The notes below the pieces were generated by a model. It made no database searches and was not told the origin of the DNA. It saw nothing but the letters and a program-made list of their open reading frames with translations. Positions 19,208 through 28,898 of a stretch of 64,000 nucleotides of DNA are shown piece by piece. Within the stretch, counting starts at the first letter, position 1. Each line of letters starts with the position of its first letter. Source of the stretch: Acidobacteriota bacterium (GTDB taxonomy: Bacteria; Acidobacteriota; Blastocatellia; RBC074); contig JAFDVI010000015.1 in NCBI GenBank assembly GCA_018269055.1, forward strand, positions 618-64,617, read 5' to 3'. The position numbers and the translations under genes are program-made.

Positions 19208-22200
19208 ATGAAAAGTTTTTGCTTTAAGCGAATGACTCTTCTGTCATTTACGCTGATACTGCTTGGAGCCTCAACGGTCTTCGCGCAGGCAACGCGCAGC
19301 AGTTTGAGTGGCGCTATTTCAGATCAAAATGGCGCAGTCGTTTCCAGTGCCAAAGTGACTGCCAAGCAGGTCACTACTGGTGAAACTTTCAGCACCATCG
19401 CTGATGAACAGGGCGTATTTACCTTTGCATCCTTGCCCATCGGTCCTTACACCGTGACGGTGGAAGCGAACGGGTTCAAACGACTGGAAGTGCAAAACGT
19501 CGTGTTGGAAGTCGCGACTGCGGCCAAATTGAATGTGGCTCTGGAAATCGGACAGGTTTCCGAAGCGGTCGTCGTCACAGGCGAAGCCCAGGAAGTGGTG
19601 AACACCACCAATGCCACCCTGACCAATGTGATCAATACTCGTCAGGTGAGAGACCTGCCGTTGTTGACCCGCAACCCGCTTGATCTTGCGCGGCTTCAGG
19701 CCGGTGTTGCCGTGACCGGAACAGATACCCGTAACGCATCAGTCGGCGGCATTCGCGGCACCGGAACCTATGTGACCCAGGACGGCATCAACGCGATGGA
19801 TAACTTCGTCAAAACCAGTTCGTTCTTTGCCATCAGCGCTCCTTCACTGGATTCCATCGGCGAATTTAGCCTTACGGTTGGTACTGTGGGTTCGGATGGC
19901 GGTCGAGGGGTGGCGCAAGTCAACATGGTCACCAAGTCCGGAACCAATGAATTTCACGGACGACTTTTCTACCAACACCGCAACGATGCGCTGAACGCCA
20001 ATACTTTCTTCAATAATGCTTCCGGCACGCCGAAGCCGTTCCTGCGCCAGCATTTCTTCGGCTTCAGCGTGGGCGGTCCGGTTTGGTTGCCGAAAAAAGC
20101 CTTCGGCCCTGCGGCCTATGATGGTCGCAGCAAGAGTCTGTGGTTCTTTTCTTATGAAGGATTCCGCGAAAACTTCCAAGCGACGCGGAATCGCACAGTC
20201 TTGACGCCGGAAGCGCGGCAAGGTCTTTTTCGCTACAACGGTTCGAACAGCCAAGTGCAGACGGTGAATTTGCTGAACATCGGTACAGTCAAAACAGCCA
20301 ACCCCATCACGACCGCAGTGCTTAACGCCATGCCCGCGCCTAACAATTCGCTGGTCGGTGACGGGCTCAATACCGCCGGGTATCGTTATAACGTAACAGG
20401 AAGCGATCCCAGCGATAAATATGTCGGACGCTTTGACCAGCAACTATTGGATAGTTCGCGACTCGGAACTCATAAACTGGAATTCGTCTACAATCGCGCC
20501 GAATTCCTGCTTAAACCAGATACATTCAACGGACTCGAAGCGCCGTTCCCCGGTGGAGTCAGTGCGTTCCAATCATCCACGCGAACTCTGGTGACGGCGG
20601 CAATTCACTCCACCTTCGGTTCGCGGATGACCAACGATGTTCGCGTTGGCCATCAGCGCGCGCCTGTGGGCTTTCTGCGTGAATCTCAACCAACCACTCC
20701 CTTCGTGGCTCTCAATTCCGTGACGACGTTCGACAATACGTTTATGTCACAGGGCCGCAATACGCTGGTGTACCAGTACATTGACAACTTTTCGCTGATC
20801 AAAGGTTCCCACACGTTCCGTATGGGAGCTGATGCTCAATCCATCACCGCCATCACCTTCAATGACGCGGGGATTAACCAGCAAATCAACCTTGCGACGA
20901 ATTCGGCAAACGGAACCGGCATTCTGACCAGCGCCTTCACCAACCTGCCGTCGGGAGCCACCGGAACCGCCATCGTCAACCGGGCACAATCCGTTTACAT
21001 TGACTTGGTGGGACTGCTTGGCTCGTCGTCGAAAACGTTCAACGTGAACAGTCCAACTTCCGGCTTTGTCCCGGGCGCGACGCGGCAACGTAACTTCAAA
21101 CAACGCACAGTAAGCTTCTATGGGCAGGATCAATGGCGCGTGCGGCGTAACTTCACGCTCAATTACGGTATGCGCTGGGAATTCCAGGGCGTGCCCTACG
21201 AAACGCAGGGTGTTGCCATCCAACCGACCACTGGAATCGCGGGGCTGTTCGGAATTTCCGGTCTCAACAACCTGTTCAAACCGGGAACGCTCAATGGTCA
21301 GGCGACAACGACGCTTGATTTCGTGAATGGCAAAACCGGCAAGAAACTTTTTGAGAACGATTGGAATAACTTCGCTCCGTATCTCGGCATTGCCTATTCC
21401 CCCAACTTCGAAAAGGGCCCGTTGCACTGGCTGTTCGGATCGGAAGGAAAAGGTTCGATTCGCGCCGGTTATTCGATCAGCTATTTGCAGGATGGGTTCA
21501 CCCTCGTTTCCAACGCGCTGGGAACCGGCACCACCAACCCAGGCTTGATTCAATCCGCGGCCAACACCACGCCGACCGGCGTGTTGACGGGAGCGGGAGT
21601 TTCACTGACCACGCCCACCTTTCAGATTCCGATCACCGATGCGCAAAATATCCTGATCAACACCGGAAACGGATTGTGGACGTTCGATCCGAACCTGCGC
21701 GTGCCCTACGTGCAGCAATGGAATATCGGCATCGAGCGGGAAATTGCCAACAATACCGCATTTGAGATTCGCTATGTCGGAAACCATGCAATCAAGAACT
21801 ACCGTGCGGTTGATTTTAACGAAGTCAACATCTTTGAAAACGGATTCTTGAATGAATTTCTAAACGCGCAGAAGAATCTGGCAATTAACGGCGGAACGAG
21901 CTTTGCGCCGGGAGCGGCAGGAACAGTGGCAACTCCCACGCTCAGCACGTTGTTTGCCGGCCTGGCGGCTTCCAGCGGATACGGAAGCTCAACGTTTATT
22001 ACCGCCTTGAACAATAACAACGTCGGAGCCATGGCGTTTACGCTGGCAAACAGCGCCACATATCGTGCCAACCGCGCGAATCTGACGCCCAATTTCTTCC
22101 TTGCCAACCCGAATGCGAACTTCGCCCGGTTGGTCGCCAATAACTCGTTCTCGAATTACAACGCGTTGCAAGTGGAAATCCGCCGGAGAATGTCGAAAGG

Positions 22201-22963
22201 GTTGCAGTTCCAGGGCAACTACACGTTCAGCAAATCCCTGACTGACGGAGCGGAAACCAACAACAACCAGAGCACGCTGGAAGCGTTCCGCACCTGGCGC
22301 AATCTGTCGTTGGACAAACACCGGTCCCAGCTTGACCAAACGCATCGCTTCATCGCCAATTTCCTGTACGAACTGCCGTTCGGTGCGGGCAAACGTTGGC
22401 TGAGCGGTGGCTTCGCTCCGCTTCGCAAGGTGGTCGAAGGCTGGCAGGTCGGCAGCATCATTTCCTGGCAAACCGGGCAGCCGGTGTCCATTCTTTCCGG
22501 TCGCACCACGTTTAATCAGTTCACCACCTTCAATCCGGCGCAGTTGGTCGGAATTACCGCGCAACAACTTCTCGACAGTGCAGGCGTCTATAAGACATCC
22601 TCTGCGGTGTTCTTCTATGACCCGAAACTGCTCGACATCACCACCAACGCAACGACGGGCGCTTTGACGGGAGCGACGCTCAAGAGCGGTTTGCTTGCCG
22701 CGCCTGCACCGGGCACATTCGGCAATCTGGCGCGTAACTATTTCAATGGGCCGAACTTCTCACAGGTTGACATCAGCTTGACCAAACGGACGCGGTTCTA
22801 TGAAAAGGCGGATGTCGAATTCAAAGCCAACTTTATCAACGCGTTTAACCACACCAATTTTTCGATGGGTGACATTAACTTTGATGCCGCGAACTTCGGT
22901 CGCATCACTGGCACCAGAGGAAATGAGCGCCAGATCAATTTCATCCTGGCAATCAACTTCTAA
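19208..22963 (+). CDS. TonB-dependent receptor with an N-terminal CarboxypepD_reg domain
   Basis: 1251 aa. Signal peptide, then AISDQNGAVVSSAKVTAKQVTTGETFSTIADEQGVFTF, a plug region and a beta-barrel ending in LAINF. A GGAGGAATCAATG RBS precedes the start. Confidence 0.85.
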   Translation: MKSFCFKRMTLLSFTLILLGASTVFAQATRSSLSGAISDQNGAVVSSAKVTAKQVTTGETFSTIADEQGVFTFASLPIGPYTVTVEANGFKRLEVQNVVLEVATAAKLNVALEIGQVSEAVVVTGEAQEVVNTTNATLTNVINTRQVRDLPLLTRNPLDLARLQAGVAVTGTDTRNASVGGIRGTGTYVTQDGINAMDNFVKTSSFFAISAPSLDSIGEFSLTVGTVGSDGGRGVAQVNMVTKSGTNEFHGRLFYQHRNDALNANTFFNNASGTPKPFLRQHFFGFSVGGPVWLPKKAFGPAAYDGRSKSLWFFSYEGFRENFQATRNRTVLTPEARQGLFRYNGSNSQVQTVNLLNIGTVKTANPITTAVLNAMPAPNNSLVGDGLNTAGYRYNVTGSDPSDKYVGRFDQQLLDSSRLGTHKLEFVYNRAEFLLKPDTFNGLEAPFPGGVSAFQSSTRTLVTAAIHSTFGSRMTNDVRVGHQRAPVGFLRESQPTTPFVALNSVTTFDNTFMSQGRNTLVYQYIDNFSLIKGSHTFRMGADAQSITAITFNDAGINQQINLATNSANGTGILTSAFTNLPSGATGTAIVNRAQSVYIDLVGLLGSSSKTFNVNSPTSGFVPGATRQRNFKQRTVSFYGQDQWRVRRNFTLNYGMRWEFQGVPYETQGVAIQPTTGIAGLFGISGLNNLFKPGTLNGQATTTLDFVNGKTGKKLFENDWNNFAPYLGIAYSPNFEKGPLHWLFGSEGKGSIRAGYSISYLQDGFTLVSNALGTGTTNPGLIQSAANTTPTGVLTGAGVSLTTPTFQIPITDAQNILINTGNGLWTFDPNLRVPYVQQWNIGIEREIANNTAFEIRYVGNHAIKNYRAVDFNEVNIFENGFLNEFLNAQKNLAINGGTSFAPGAAGTVATPTLSTLFAGLAASSGYGSSTFITALNNNNVGAMAFTLANSATYRANRANLTPNFFLANPNANFARLVANNSFSNYNALQVEIRRRMSKGLQFQGNYTFSKSLTDGAETNNNQSTLEAFRTWRNLSLDKHRSQLDQTHRFIANFLYELPFGAGKRWLSGGFAPLRKVVEGWQVGSIISWQTGQPVSILSGRTTFNQFTTFNPAQLVGITAQQLLDSAGVYKTSSAVFFYDPKLLDITTNATTGALTGATLKSGLLAAPAPGTFGNLARNYFNGPNFSQVDISLTKRTRFYEKADVEFKANFINAFNHTNFSMGDINFDAANFGRITGTRGNERQINFILAINF

Positions 22964-23040
22964 GTTGAAAGTCATTTTTGCGGGTGCCAACGTTCCGGAT
23001 TTTCTATCCGGGGAGTGAAACCGCAAATGAAAAGAATGCG

Positions 23041-23093
23041 CCGCCGAGGAGGCAGTTGAAATTTCAATTCCGCTCGGCGGTGTTTTCTTTTTC
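23041..23093 (+). terminator. Rho-independent terminator of the TBDR gene
   Basis: Stem ccgccgag / ctcggcgg with a loop containing the palindrome ttgaaatttcaa. It is followed by tgttttctttttctcc. Confidence 0.65.
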
Positions 23094-23509
23094 TCCGGAC
23101 TTGCACGGTATTTTCGGTTGACCGTTTCAGGGCATCTGCTTAGACTGTGCGACGTCGGAATGACGACACTTAATTTCGGCGTTCACGCTCACACTGCTTG
23201 GTAACGTTTCAGTTGGACAGAGAATCAAACGCTCACAGCAAAAGTGATGGTGCAGAGGTATAAAGCCTTGTTGTGACAGATGTTGGAACGTTGCCCATTC
23301 TCCCTTCTGGCTCCTGGTAAAGGCACGATTGAACCGGTGCTTCTTCTTGCTTTGCAGCATCCCTTTCATTGTTCGATATTCGCTGATGGTTTTAGTGCCA
23401 CGGATTTATCCGGAGCATGGCCGTTTTATGCCTCCCCGTAAGGCATGCCGCTGAATCAGTAACACCCGGATCACGCCGAGATCGGCGTGATGGTTGAAAC
23501 GAAGGATGG

Positions 23510-26500
23510 TTGATTATGCGATTCACAGTTTTGTCTTCATTTGTCCCGAATACTTTTTTACGACGCCGATTTGGGATGTGGCTGACAATTTGCGCTTTGG
23601 CTTTGGTCGGAGCGCATTGGTTGAGGGCAGGGCAGGCTGCCGCGGGAACGATCACCGGAGTCGTGTTTCAGGACTTCAATTCCAACGGGGTTCGTGAAAC
23701 CACCAACACCGTTTCCAACAGCGGTTCGGGAACGACCACCCTGGCCATTGATCGCGGCATTGCCGACGTTACGGTGACTGCTTTTGATTCTTCCAACATG
23801 GTTGCCGGAACGGCGATGACCGGAGTTGACGGCAATTATTCGTTGACGGCTTCGGGCAATGCGCCGTATCGAATCGAATTTACGACCATCCCGGCAGGCT
23901 TTCAGCCAGGGCCCGTTGGAACCGATTCCAAAACCACAGTGCAATTCATCCCGGACAACAACGCCTCGAATATCAGTTTGGGGTTGGTGATTCCGGAAGA
24001 ATACTGCCAGGACAACCCTACGTTGGTCACGGGGTGTTATGTCAGCGGAGACCAGAACAACGACAATCCTGTATTGGTTTCTTTCCCGTATTCCGCCGGT
24101 TCGACTCGTGAAAGCGGCAGCGCGCCTTTTACGGATTTCGATCAGCCTGCGCACGGAAATTTGAGCACAGCACGTCAAGCCGGTACGACCTGGGGACTGG
24201 GCTACGCGCGTTCAACCAAACAGCTTTATGCGGCGGCCTTCATGAAACGTCACAGCGGGTATGGCCCGTCGGGAACGGGGGCGGTTTATCAGGTCAATCC
24301 GATGAGCGGCGCAACGACAACCTATGCCGATCTGAACGCGATCTTCGGAGCCAACACGGCAGGCACGGACGCTCATGACAGCACGGATTTTGATCGTGAC
24401 AATGGCAATACGGGGTGGGATGCAGTCGGCAAAACCTCGCTCGGCGGCGTGACGGTTTCCCAAGACGATAAAAAGCTTTACGTGATGAATCTGGCCGATC
24501 GTCAGCTTTACGAATTGCCGCTGGATAACACGCCAGCCGTCGCCACCGTTCGTCGCAAAGCCGTTCCGCTGAATCCGCCCGGCTGTCCGGCAGCATCGGA
24601 TGTGCGGCCATTTGCCGTGACGATCAACGGCGGAAAGATTTATGTAGGCATGGTTTGCTCCGCCGAAAGCACCATCACGCAAGCGCAGCCCGATGGCGAT
24701 GTGACGATGCTACAGGCGTATGTGTACACAGTTGATCCGGTGACGTTGGATTTCAGCGCTTCACCGGTATTCCAGGCTTCGCTGAATTATCCGCGCCGGT
24801 GCGCAGACAGCGCACAATTGGGAGTTGGAAATTGCTTTTCGGCGGCTTGGCATGTGTGGTCGCCCGTGTATCGGAACATCGGCAATGGAGACGGCGTCGG
24901 AGTCGCTAATTTGGGGCGCGGCATTTATCCGCAACCGATGTTGACCGATCTGGCGTTTGAAAACGGAAATCTGATTCTGGGATTGCGCGACCGCGCAGGA
25001 GATCAGTTCGGAAACGCCACGCTGGATAATCCGGCGGAAAATGTCATGCGATATTACGGCGTCAGCGCAGGCGATACGCTCAAAGCTTGCGGCAGCGCGG
25101 CCACTGGCTGGACGCTGGAAAGCAACGGGCGTTGCGGCGGAATGGGCACTGCGCCGCAAAATACTGGCGAAGGCCCTGGAGGCGGCGAATTTTATTTTCG
25201 AGATGAGTCCGTGCCGTTTACGGATGAAATCTTTATGGGCGGGATGGCGCAAATTCCCGGTCACCCGGATGTGGTCATCAATTCTTTCGATCCCATTCCG
25301 ATTTTTGATTTCGACAATTTGTTCGACGGGGGGCCGCGCTGGCATCGCAACGCAAACGGAACTTTGGCGAAAACCTATCGAATTTACAACGGCACGCTGG
25401 GGCCATCGGGACCGTTTGGCAAAGCCAATGGATTGAGCGACATCGTGTTGTTGTGTGACGCCGCTCCGATTGAAATTGGCAATCGCATTTGGCAGGACGT
25501 CAACGGCAACGGCATTCAGGACGCGGGCGAACCGGGGCTTTCCGGTATCCATCTCAGGCTGCTCAAAAACGGGATTCAGGTTGGTGAAACCACCACCGGT
25601 TCCAACGGCGAGTTTTATTTCAATAACTCAAATGTCAGTCCCAGCGTGCTGCCAGGCATGACTTATGACATCGCCGTGGATCGAACGCAGACGGCGCTGA
25701 ACGGCTTCACGCTGACGAATGCAAATCAAGACAGCAGTCAGAACGGTGACAGCCGGGATTCGGACGCCGTAGTTTCCGGCAACGACGCCGTGATTCGATT
25801 GACCACCGGAGGCGCAGGCGAATCCAACCACACCTTTGATTTGGGATTCGTTCAGCCCGGCGGCCCGATTACCATCACTTGCCCGCCGAGCGTGACCGCA
25901 ACGATCACCGTTGCGGGAGCGACTTCGGCGGTGGTCAATTATCCAACGCCGATGACGACTGGAAGCGTGACCACCGTGACTTGCACTCCACCGTCAGGTT
26001 CGACCTTCCAGCTTGGTACGACGACGGTTTCGTGTGTGGCCAGTAATTCGGCGGGCTTCGTAACTTGCAGCTTCGAGGTGATTGTCCAGCAGCAACCGCC
26101 GACGATTACCTGCCCGATCAACATGACCGTCACAGCGACGACTTCAACAGGCGGAGTGGTGACTTACCCGACACCAACTGCGACGAATGGCGCAACAGTG
26201 ACTTGCACACCACCTTCGGGTTCGACCTTCCCGATTGGAACCACAACGGTGACTTGCACGGCAACGAATTCGGCAGGCTCTGCTGCTTGCCAGTTTACAG
26301 TGACGCTGACGCCTCCTGTTGGATCGCCAATGATAGATTGCCCGATCAATATGACGGTGACGGCGACGACTTCAACCGGCGGGGTGGTGACATATCCGAC
26401 GCCCACAGCAACGAACGGCGCGACTGTCACTTGCATGCCACCGTCAGGTTCGACTTTCCCGATTGGAACAACGACGGTGACCTGCACCGCGACCAATTCC

Positions 26501-27262
26501 GCAGGATCAGCCTCGTGTCAGTTCACTGTGACATTGACTCCGGCGACGCAGCCGCCAACGATCACGTGTCCGATCAATATGACCGTGACGGCGACGACTT
26601 CAACGGGCGGCGTTGTGACTTACCCAACGCCGACAGCCACGAATGGTGCGACCGTAACCTGTACGCCGCCCTCAGGTTCGACGTTCCCGATTGGAACGAC
26701 GACGGTGACCTGCACCGCGACCAATTCGGCAGGATCGGCTTCTTGCAGTTTTACGGTGACGCTGACGCCGATGATGGCGAAATCGAACAAATGCGACACG
26801 ATTTGTTTCCGTTCGCCACAGTATTACCTGTTGAATCTGGGCAGTTTGCCGCGCGGAAGCGTGTTGATTGGCGGTGTGAACAACAATCAACCTGTGAGCA
26901 CCGGCAACCGCACGCAGATTGCGCTGGCGTTGCGCGGGAATGCGACTGGCTTCGGGTTGACGCCGCTGCAACGGTTGAATCAGGAGTTTGTTGCGGCTCA
27001 ATTAAGCGTGATTGCCGCAGGCGGCGACGGTTCGCCCGTGGCGTTCAATGCATTCTGGAGCATGCTCAGTTGTTACAATCTCAACTTTGCCTCAGTGATG
27101 CTGAGCAATGGCGTGGTGCTAAGCCCGGCTTCGATGCTTAATGACCTGTTCGAGCAAACGCAACTTGCCATTCGACAAAACCGCACAGCGGATTTCGATA
27201 AGCTGACGGCGATTTTGGATATGCTCAACGGCAACGATCCGCTTGGTCGTTGCGGCAGGTAG
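23510..27262 (+). CDS. Large secreted adhesin-like protein. It contains two SdrD-B-like domains, four tandem HYR (hyalin-repeat) domains and an uncharacterised C-terminal domain.
   Basis: The signal peptide (WLTICALALVGAHWLRAGQAAAG) starts ~20 aa into the ORF, after the candidate starts MIMRF/MRF/MWL. TGVVFQDFNSNGVRE...DGNYSL and IGNRIWQDVNGNGIQDAGEPGLSGIHLRLL...SNGEFYF match SdrD B-like/Cna-B folds. Four ~77-aa units have the HYR pattern, C P...VTYPTP....G.TVTC.PPSGSTFP.GTTTVTC.A.NSAG...C.F.V. Confidence 0.8.
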   Translation: MIMRFTVLSSFVPNTFLRRRFGMWLTICALALVGAHWLRAGQAAAGTITGVVFQDFNSNGVRETTNTVSNSGSGTTTLAIDRGIADVTVTAFDSSNMVAGTAMTGVDGNYSLTASGNAPYRIEFTTIPAGFQPGPVGTDSKTTVQFIPDNNASNISLGLVIPEEYCQDNPTLVTGCYVSGDQNNDNPVLVSFPYSAGSTRESGSAPFTDFDQPAHGNLSTARQAGTTWGLGYARSTKQLYAAAFMKRHSGYGPSGTGAVYQVNPMSGATTTYADLNAIFGANTAGTDAHDSTDFDRDNGNTGWDAVGKTSLGGVTVSQDDKKLYVMNLADRQLYELPLDNTPAVATVRRKAVPLNPPGCPAASDVRPFAVTINGGKIYVGMVCSAESTITQAQPDGDVTMLQAYVYTVDPVTLDFSASPVFQASLNYPRRCADSAQLGVGNCFSAAWHVWSPVYRNIGNGDGVGVANLGRGIYPQPMLTDLAFENGNLILGLRDRAGDQFGNATLDNPAENVMRYYGVSAGDTLKACGSAATGWTLESNGRCGGMGTAPQNTGEGPGGGEFYFRDESVPFTDEIFMGGMAQIPGHPDVVINSFDPIPIFDFDNLFDGGPRWHRNANGTLAKTYRIYNGTLGPSGPFGKANGLSDIVLLCDAAPIEIGNRIWQDVNGNGIQDAGEPGLSGIHLRLLKNGIQVGETTTGSNGEFYFNNSNVSPSVLPGMTYDIAVDRTQTALNGFTLTNANQDSSQNGDSRDSDAVVSGNDAVIRLTTGGAGESNHTFDLGFVQPGGPITITCPPSVTATITVAGATSAVVNYPTPMTTGSVTTVTCTPPSGSTFQLGTTTVSCVASNSAGFVTCSFEVIVQQQPPTITCPINMTVTATTSTGGVVTYPTPTATNGATVTCTPPSGSTFPIGTTTVTCTATNSAGSAACQFTVTLTPPVGSPMIDCPINMTVTATTSTGGVVTYPTPTATNGATVTCMPPSGSTFPIGTTTVTCTATNSAGSASCQFTVTLTPATQPPTITCPINMTVTATTSTGGVVTYPTPTATNGATVTCTPPSGSTFPIGTTTVTCTATNSAGSASCSFTVTLTPMMAKSNKCDTICFRSPQYYLLNLGSLPRGSVLIGGVNNNQPVSTGNRTQIALALRGNATGFGLTPLQRLNQEFVAAQLSVIAAGGDGSPVAFNAFWSMLSCYNLNFASVMLSNGVVLSPASMLNDLFEQTQLAIRQNRTADFDKLTAILDMLNGNDPLGRCGR
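25867..26770 (+). repeat. Tandem in-frame repeat array encoding four HYR domains (period ~228-231 bp)
   Basis: Units start at about 25867, 26098, 26329 and 26557. Units 2-4 encode nearly identical peptides (PINMTVTATTSTGGVVTYPTPTATNGATVTC.PPSGSTFPIGTTTVTCTATNSAGSA.C.FTVTLTP). Their DNA differs mainly at third-codon positions. Confidence 0.85.
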
Positions 27263-27362
27263 CTGCGAAGTTGATTTTGATCGGAAAACTGTAGACAGGA
27301 ATTCGCTGGATTTTCAGGATTTTCTCCTTGACCGGTTGCGAGCCTGTTCATCCTGAAAAATC

Positions 27363-28898
27363 TTGTTGATCCTGTCTAAATTTTCAATACCCATGACGAT
27401 GCCCCATTTCTTTGATTCTCCAACCCGGCGCGCAAACCTTTGGCTGGTGGTGTTCGCGATTCTTGGCTCAGTGCTTGTCTGGCTTTACCCGGACGCTGAA
27501 CAACAGGACGCGGCATACCATTTCTTATTTGCGCGCTGGGCCTGGGAGCATCCGACTTACCTGATCAGCGTGTGGGCCAGACCCTTGTTCACGCTGGCAT
27601 ATTTCATTCCTGCACAATTGGGCTATCCGGCGGCAAAGCTTTTTACAGTTGCGATCAGTTTGGTCACAGCCTGGCAAACGTTTCAATTGGCGCGGCAAGT
27701 CGGGCTTCACCGCGCCGAACTGGCTGTGCCATTGTTGTTTTTGCAACCGGCGTTTTTTGCGCTTGCATCGGTGACGATGACGGAAACTCTGTTCGCTCTG
27801 GTTTTTGTTATCGCATTGCGACTGCACGTGAGCCAATGGTTCAAAGCCGGAATGTTCGTCGCTTCATTGTTAATTTTGATCCGACCCGAAGGGTTCTTTT
27901 TGGGGACGTTGTGGGGCGTTTGGATGTTATGGGAGCTTGTGCAGTCGCCCAAGGGAATTCGCGACTCGCAAACTGCAATCCGCATTTTGCAGTGTTTATT
28001 GTTGGCCAGCGGAATGTTTGCCTGGTGGGGAGCGGCTTACTGGATGACCGGCGATGTGTTGTGGATTGCTCACAACTGGCCGCCGGATTGGCAGGTGGAT
28101 GGACAGGCAAATGGAACAGGGCCGATTTGGTGGTATGCCGTGCAACTTCCCTTGATCGTTGGAATCCCGTTGTTTGTGCCATTTCTGATTGGGTTGTGGG
28201 GGTTGCTCAAACGGCGCGAACTCAGTTTTGCCACGTCGTCATTTTTGGCCCTGTTTGTATTGCATTCGCTCATGTTCATGCGCGGATGGTTCGGATCAGC
28301 AGGCTATGCCCGGTATTTTGTCTGTGTTTCCCCGGTTGTGGCGTTGATCAGCTTGGCAGGGTGGAATGTATTAGCTGAGGAACGAAATCGGTTTTTTAAT
28401 TTGGCGAAACTATGGGTTGCTTACGCTGTGCTGATCATTGCCGGAGTCAGTTGTCTGCTATATGTTGATAGCATTCGATTTGCCCGTGATGCCTGGGCCG
28501 TGGACACCATGCACACCTGGATTCGATCCCACCGTCCGGAGCTTTTTGCTTCCAGTTCGGCTACGTATTTCACACGATTGATCAGCAGCCAGGCTTATCC
28601 TTTCATCTTGCTTGGCAGGGATTCGGCGGAAAAACCTGCATTTGCTCCAAGTCGTGAACGCAATCTGGAACTGATTCGCCAAACCCCTCCCGGCACGCTG
28701 GTGTTGTGGGAAGAGGAAACCGGCCCGAAATGGTATCAATTGCAGGCGGAAGATTTTGAACAAGCCGGGTATCGGCGATTAAAGTCTCAGGATTTCAGAT
28801 TGCAGGGATTTTTGTTACGGCTGCCCTGGGACCGTCTGGGTGGGTGGAGATTCCAGCGAATGCACTGGTTTTATAAAGAACCGGTGACGCAGCCCTAA
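27363..28898 (+). CDS. GT-C superfamily membrane glycosyltransferase (PMT/ArnT-like, GT39/GT83-type)
   Basis: ~11 predicted TMs. The first extracytoplasmic loop carries an acidic motif (YPDAEQQDAAYHF) that resembles the DE/DD catalytic loop of ArnT/PMT. The start is ambiguous (MLILS, MTMPHF or MPHF). Confidence 0.6.
   Translation: MLILSKFSIPMTMPHFFDSPTRRANLWLVVFAILGSVLVWLYPDAEQQDAAYHFLFARWAWEHPTYLISVWARPLFTLAYFIPAQLGYPAAKLFTVAISLVTAWQTFQLARQVGLHRAELAVPLLFLQPAFFALASVTMTETLFALVFVIALRLHVSQWFKAGMFVASLLILIRPEGFFLGTLWGVWMLWELVQSPKGIRDSQTAIRILQCLLLASGMFAWWGAAYWMTGDVLWIAHNWPPDWQVDGQANGTGPIWWYAVQLPLIVGIPLFVPFLIGLWGLLKRRELSFATSSFLALFVLHSLMFMRGWFGSAGYARYFVCVSPVVALISLAGWNVLAEERNRFFNLAKLWVAYAVLIIAGVSCLLYVDSIRFARDAWAVDTMHTWIRSHRPELFASSSATYFTRLISSQAYPFILLGRDSAEKPAFAPSRERNLELIRQTPPGTLVLWEEETGPKWYQLQAEDFEQAGYRRLKSQDFRLQGFLLRLPWDRLGGWRFQRMHWFYKEPVTQP

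Noticed and set aside
26065-27141. 358-aa + strand ORF (MQLRGDCPAATADDYLPDQHDRHSDDFNRR...) overlapping the HYR repeat region
   Set aside because: It is an alternate reading frame of the tandem repeat. Its Asp-rich periodic sequence simply mirrors the 228-231-bp repeat and has no start context. The real gene is in the HYR frame.
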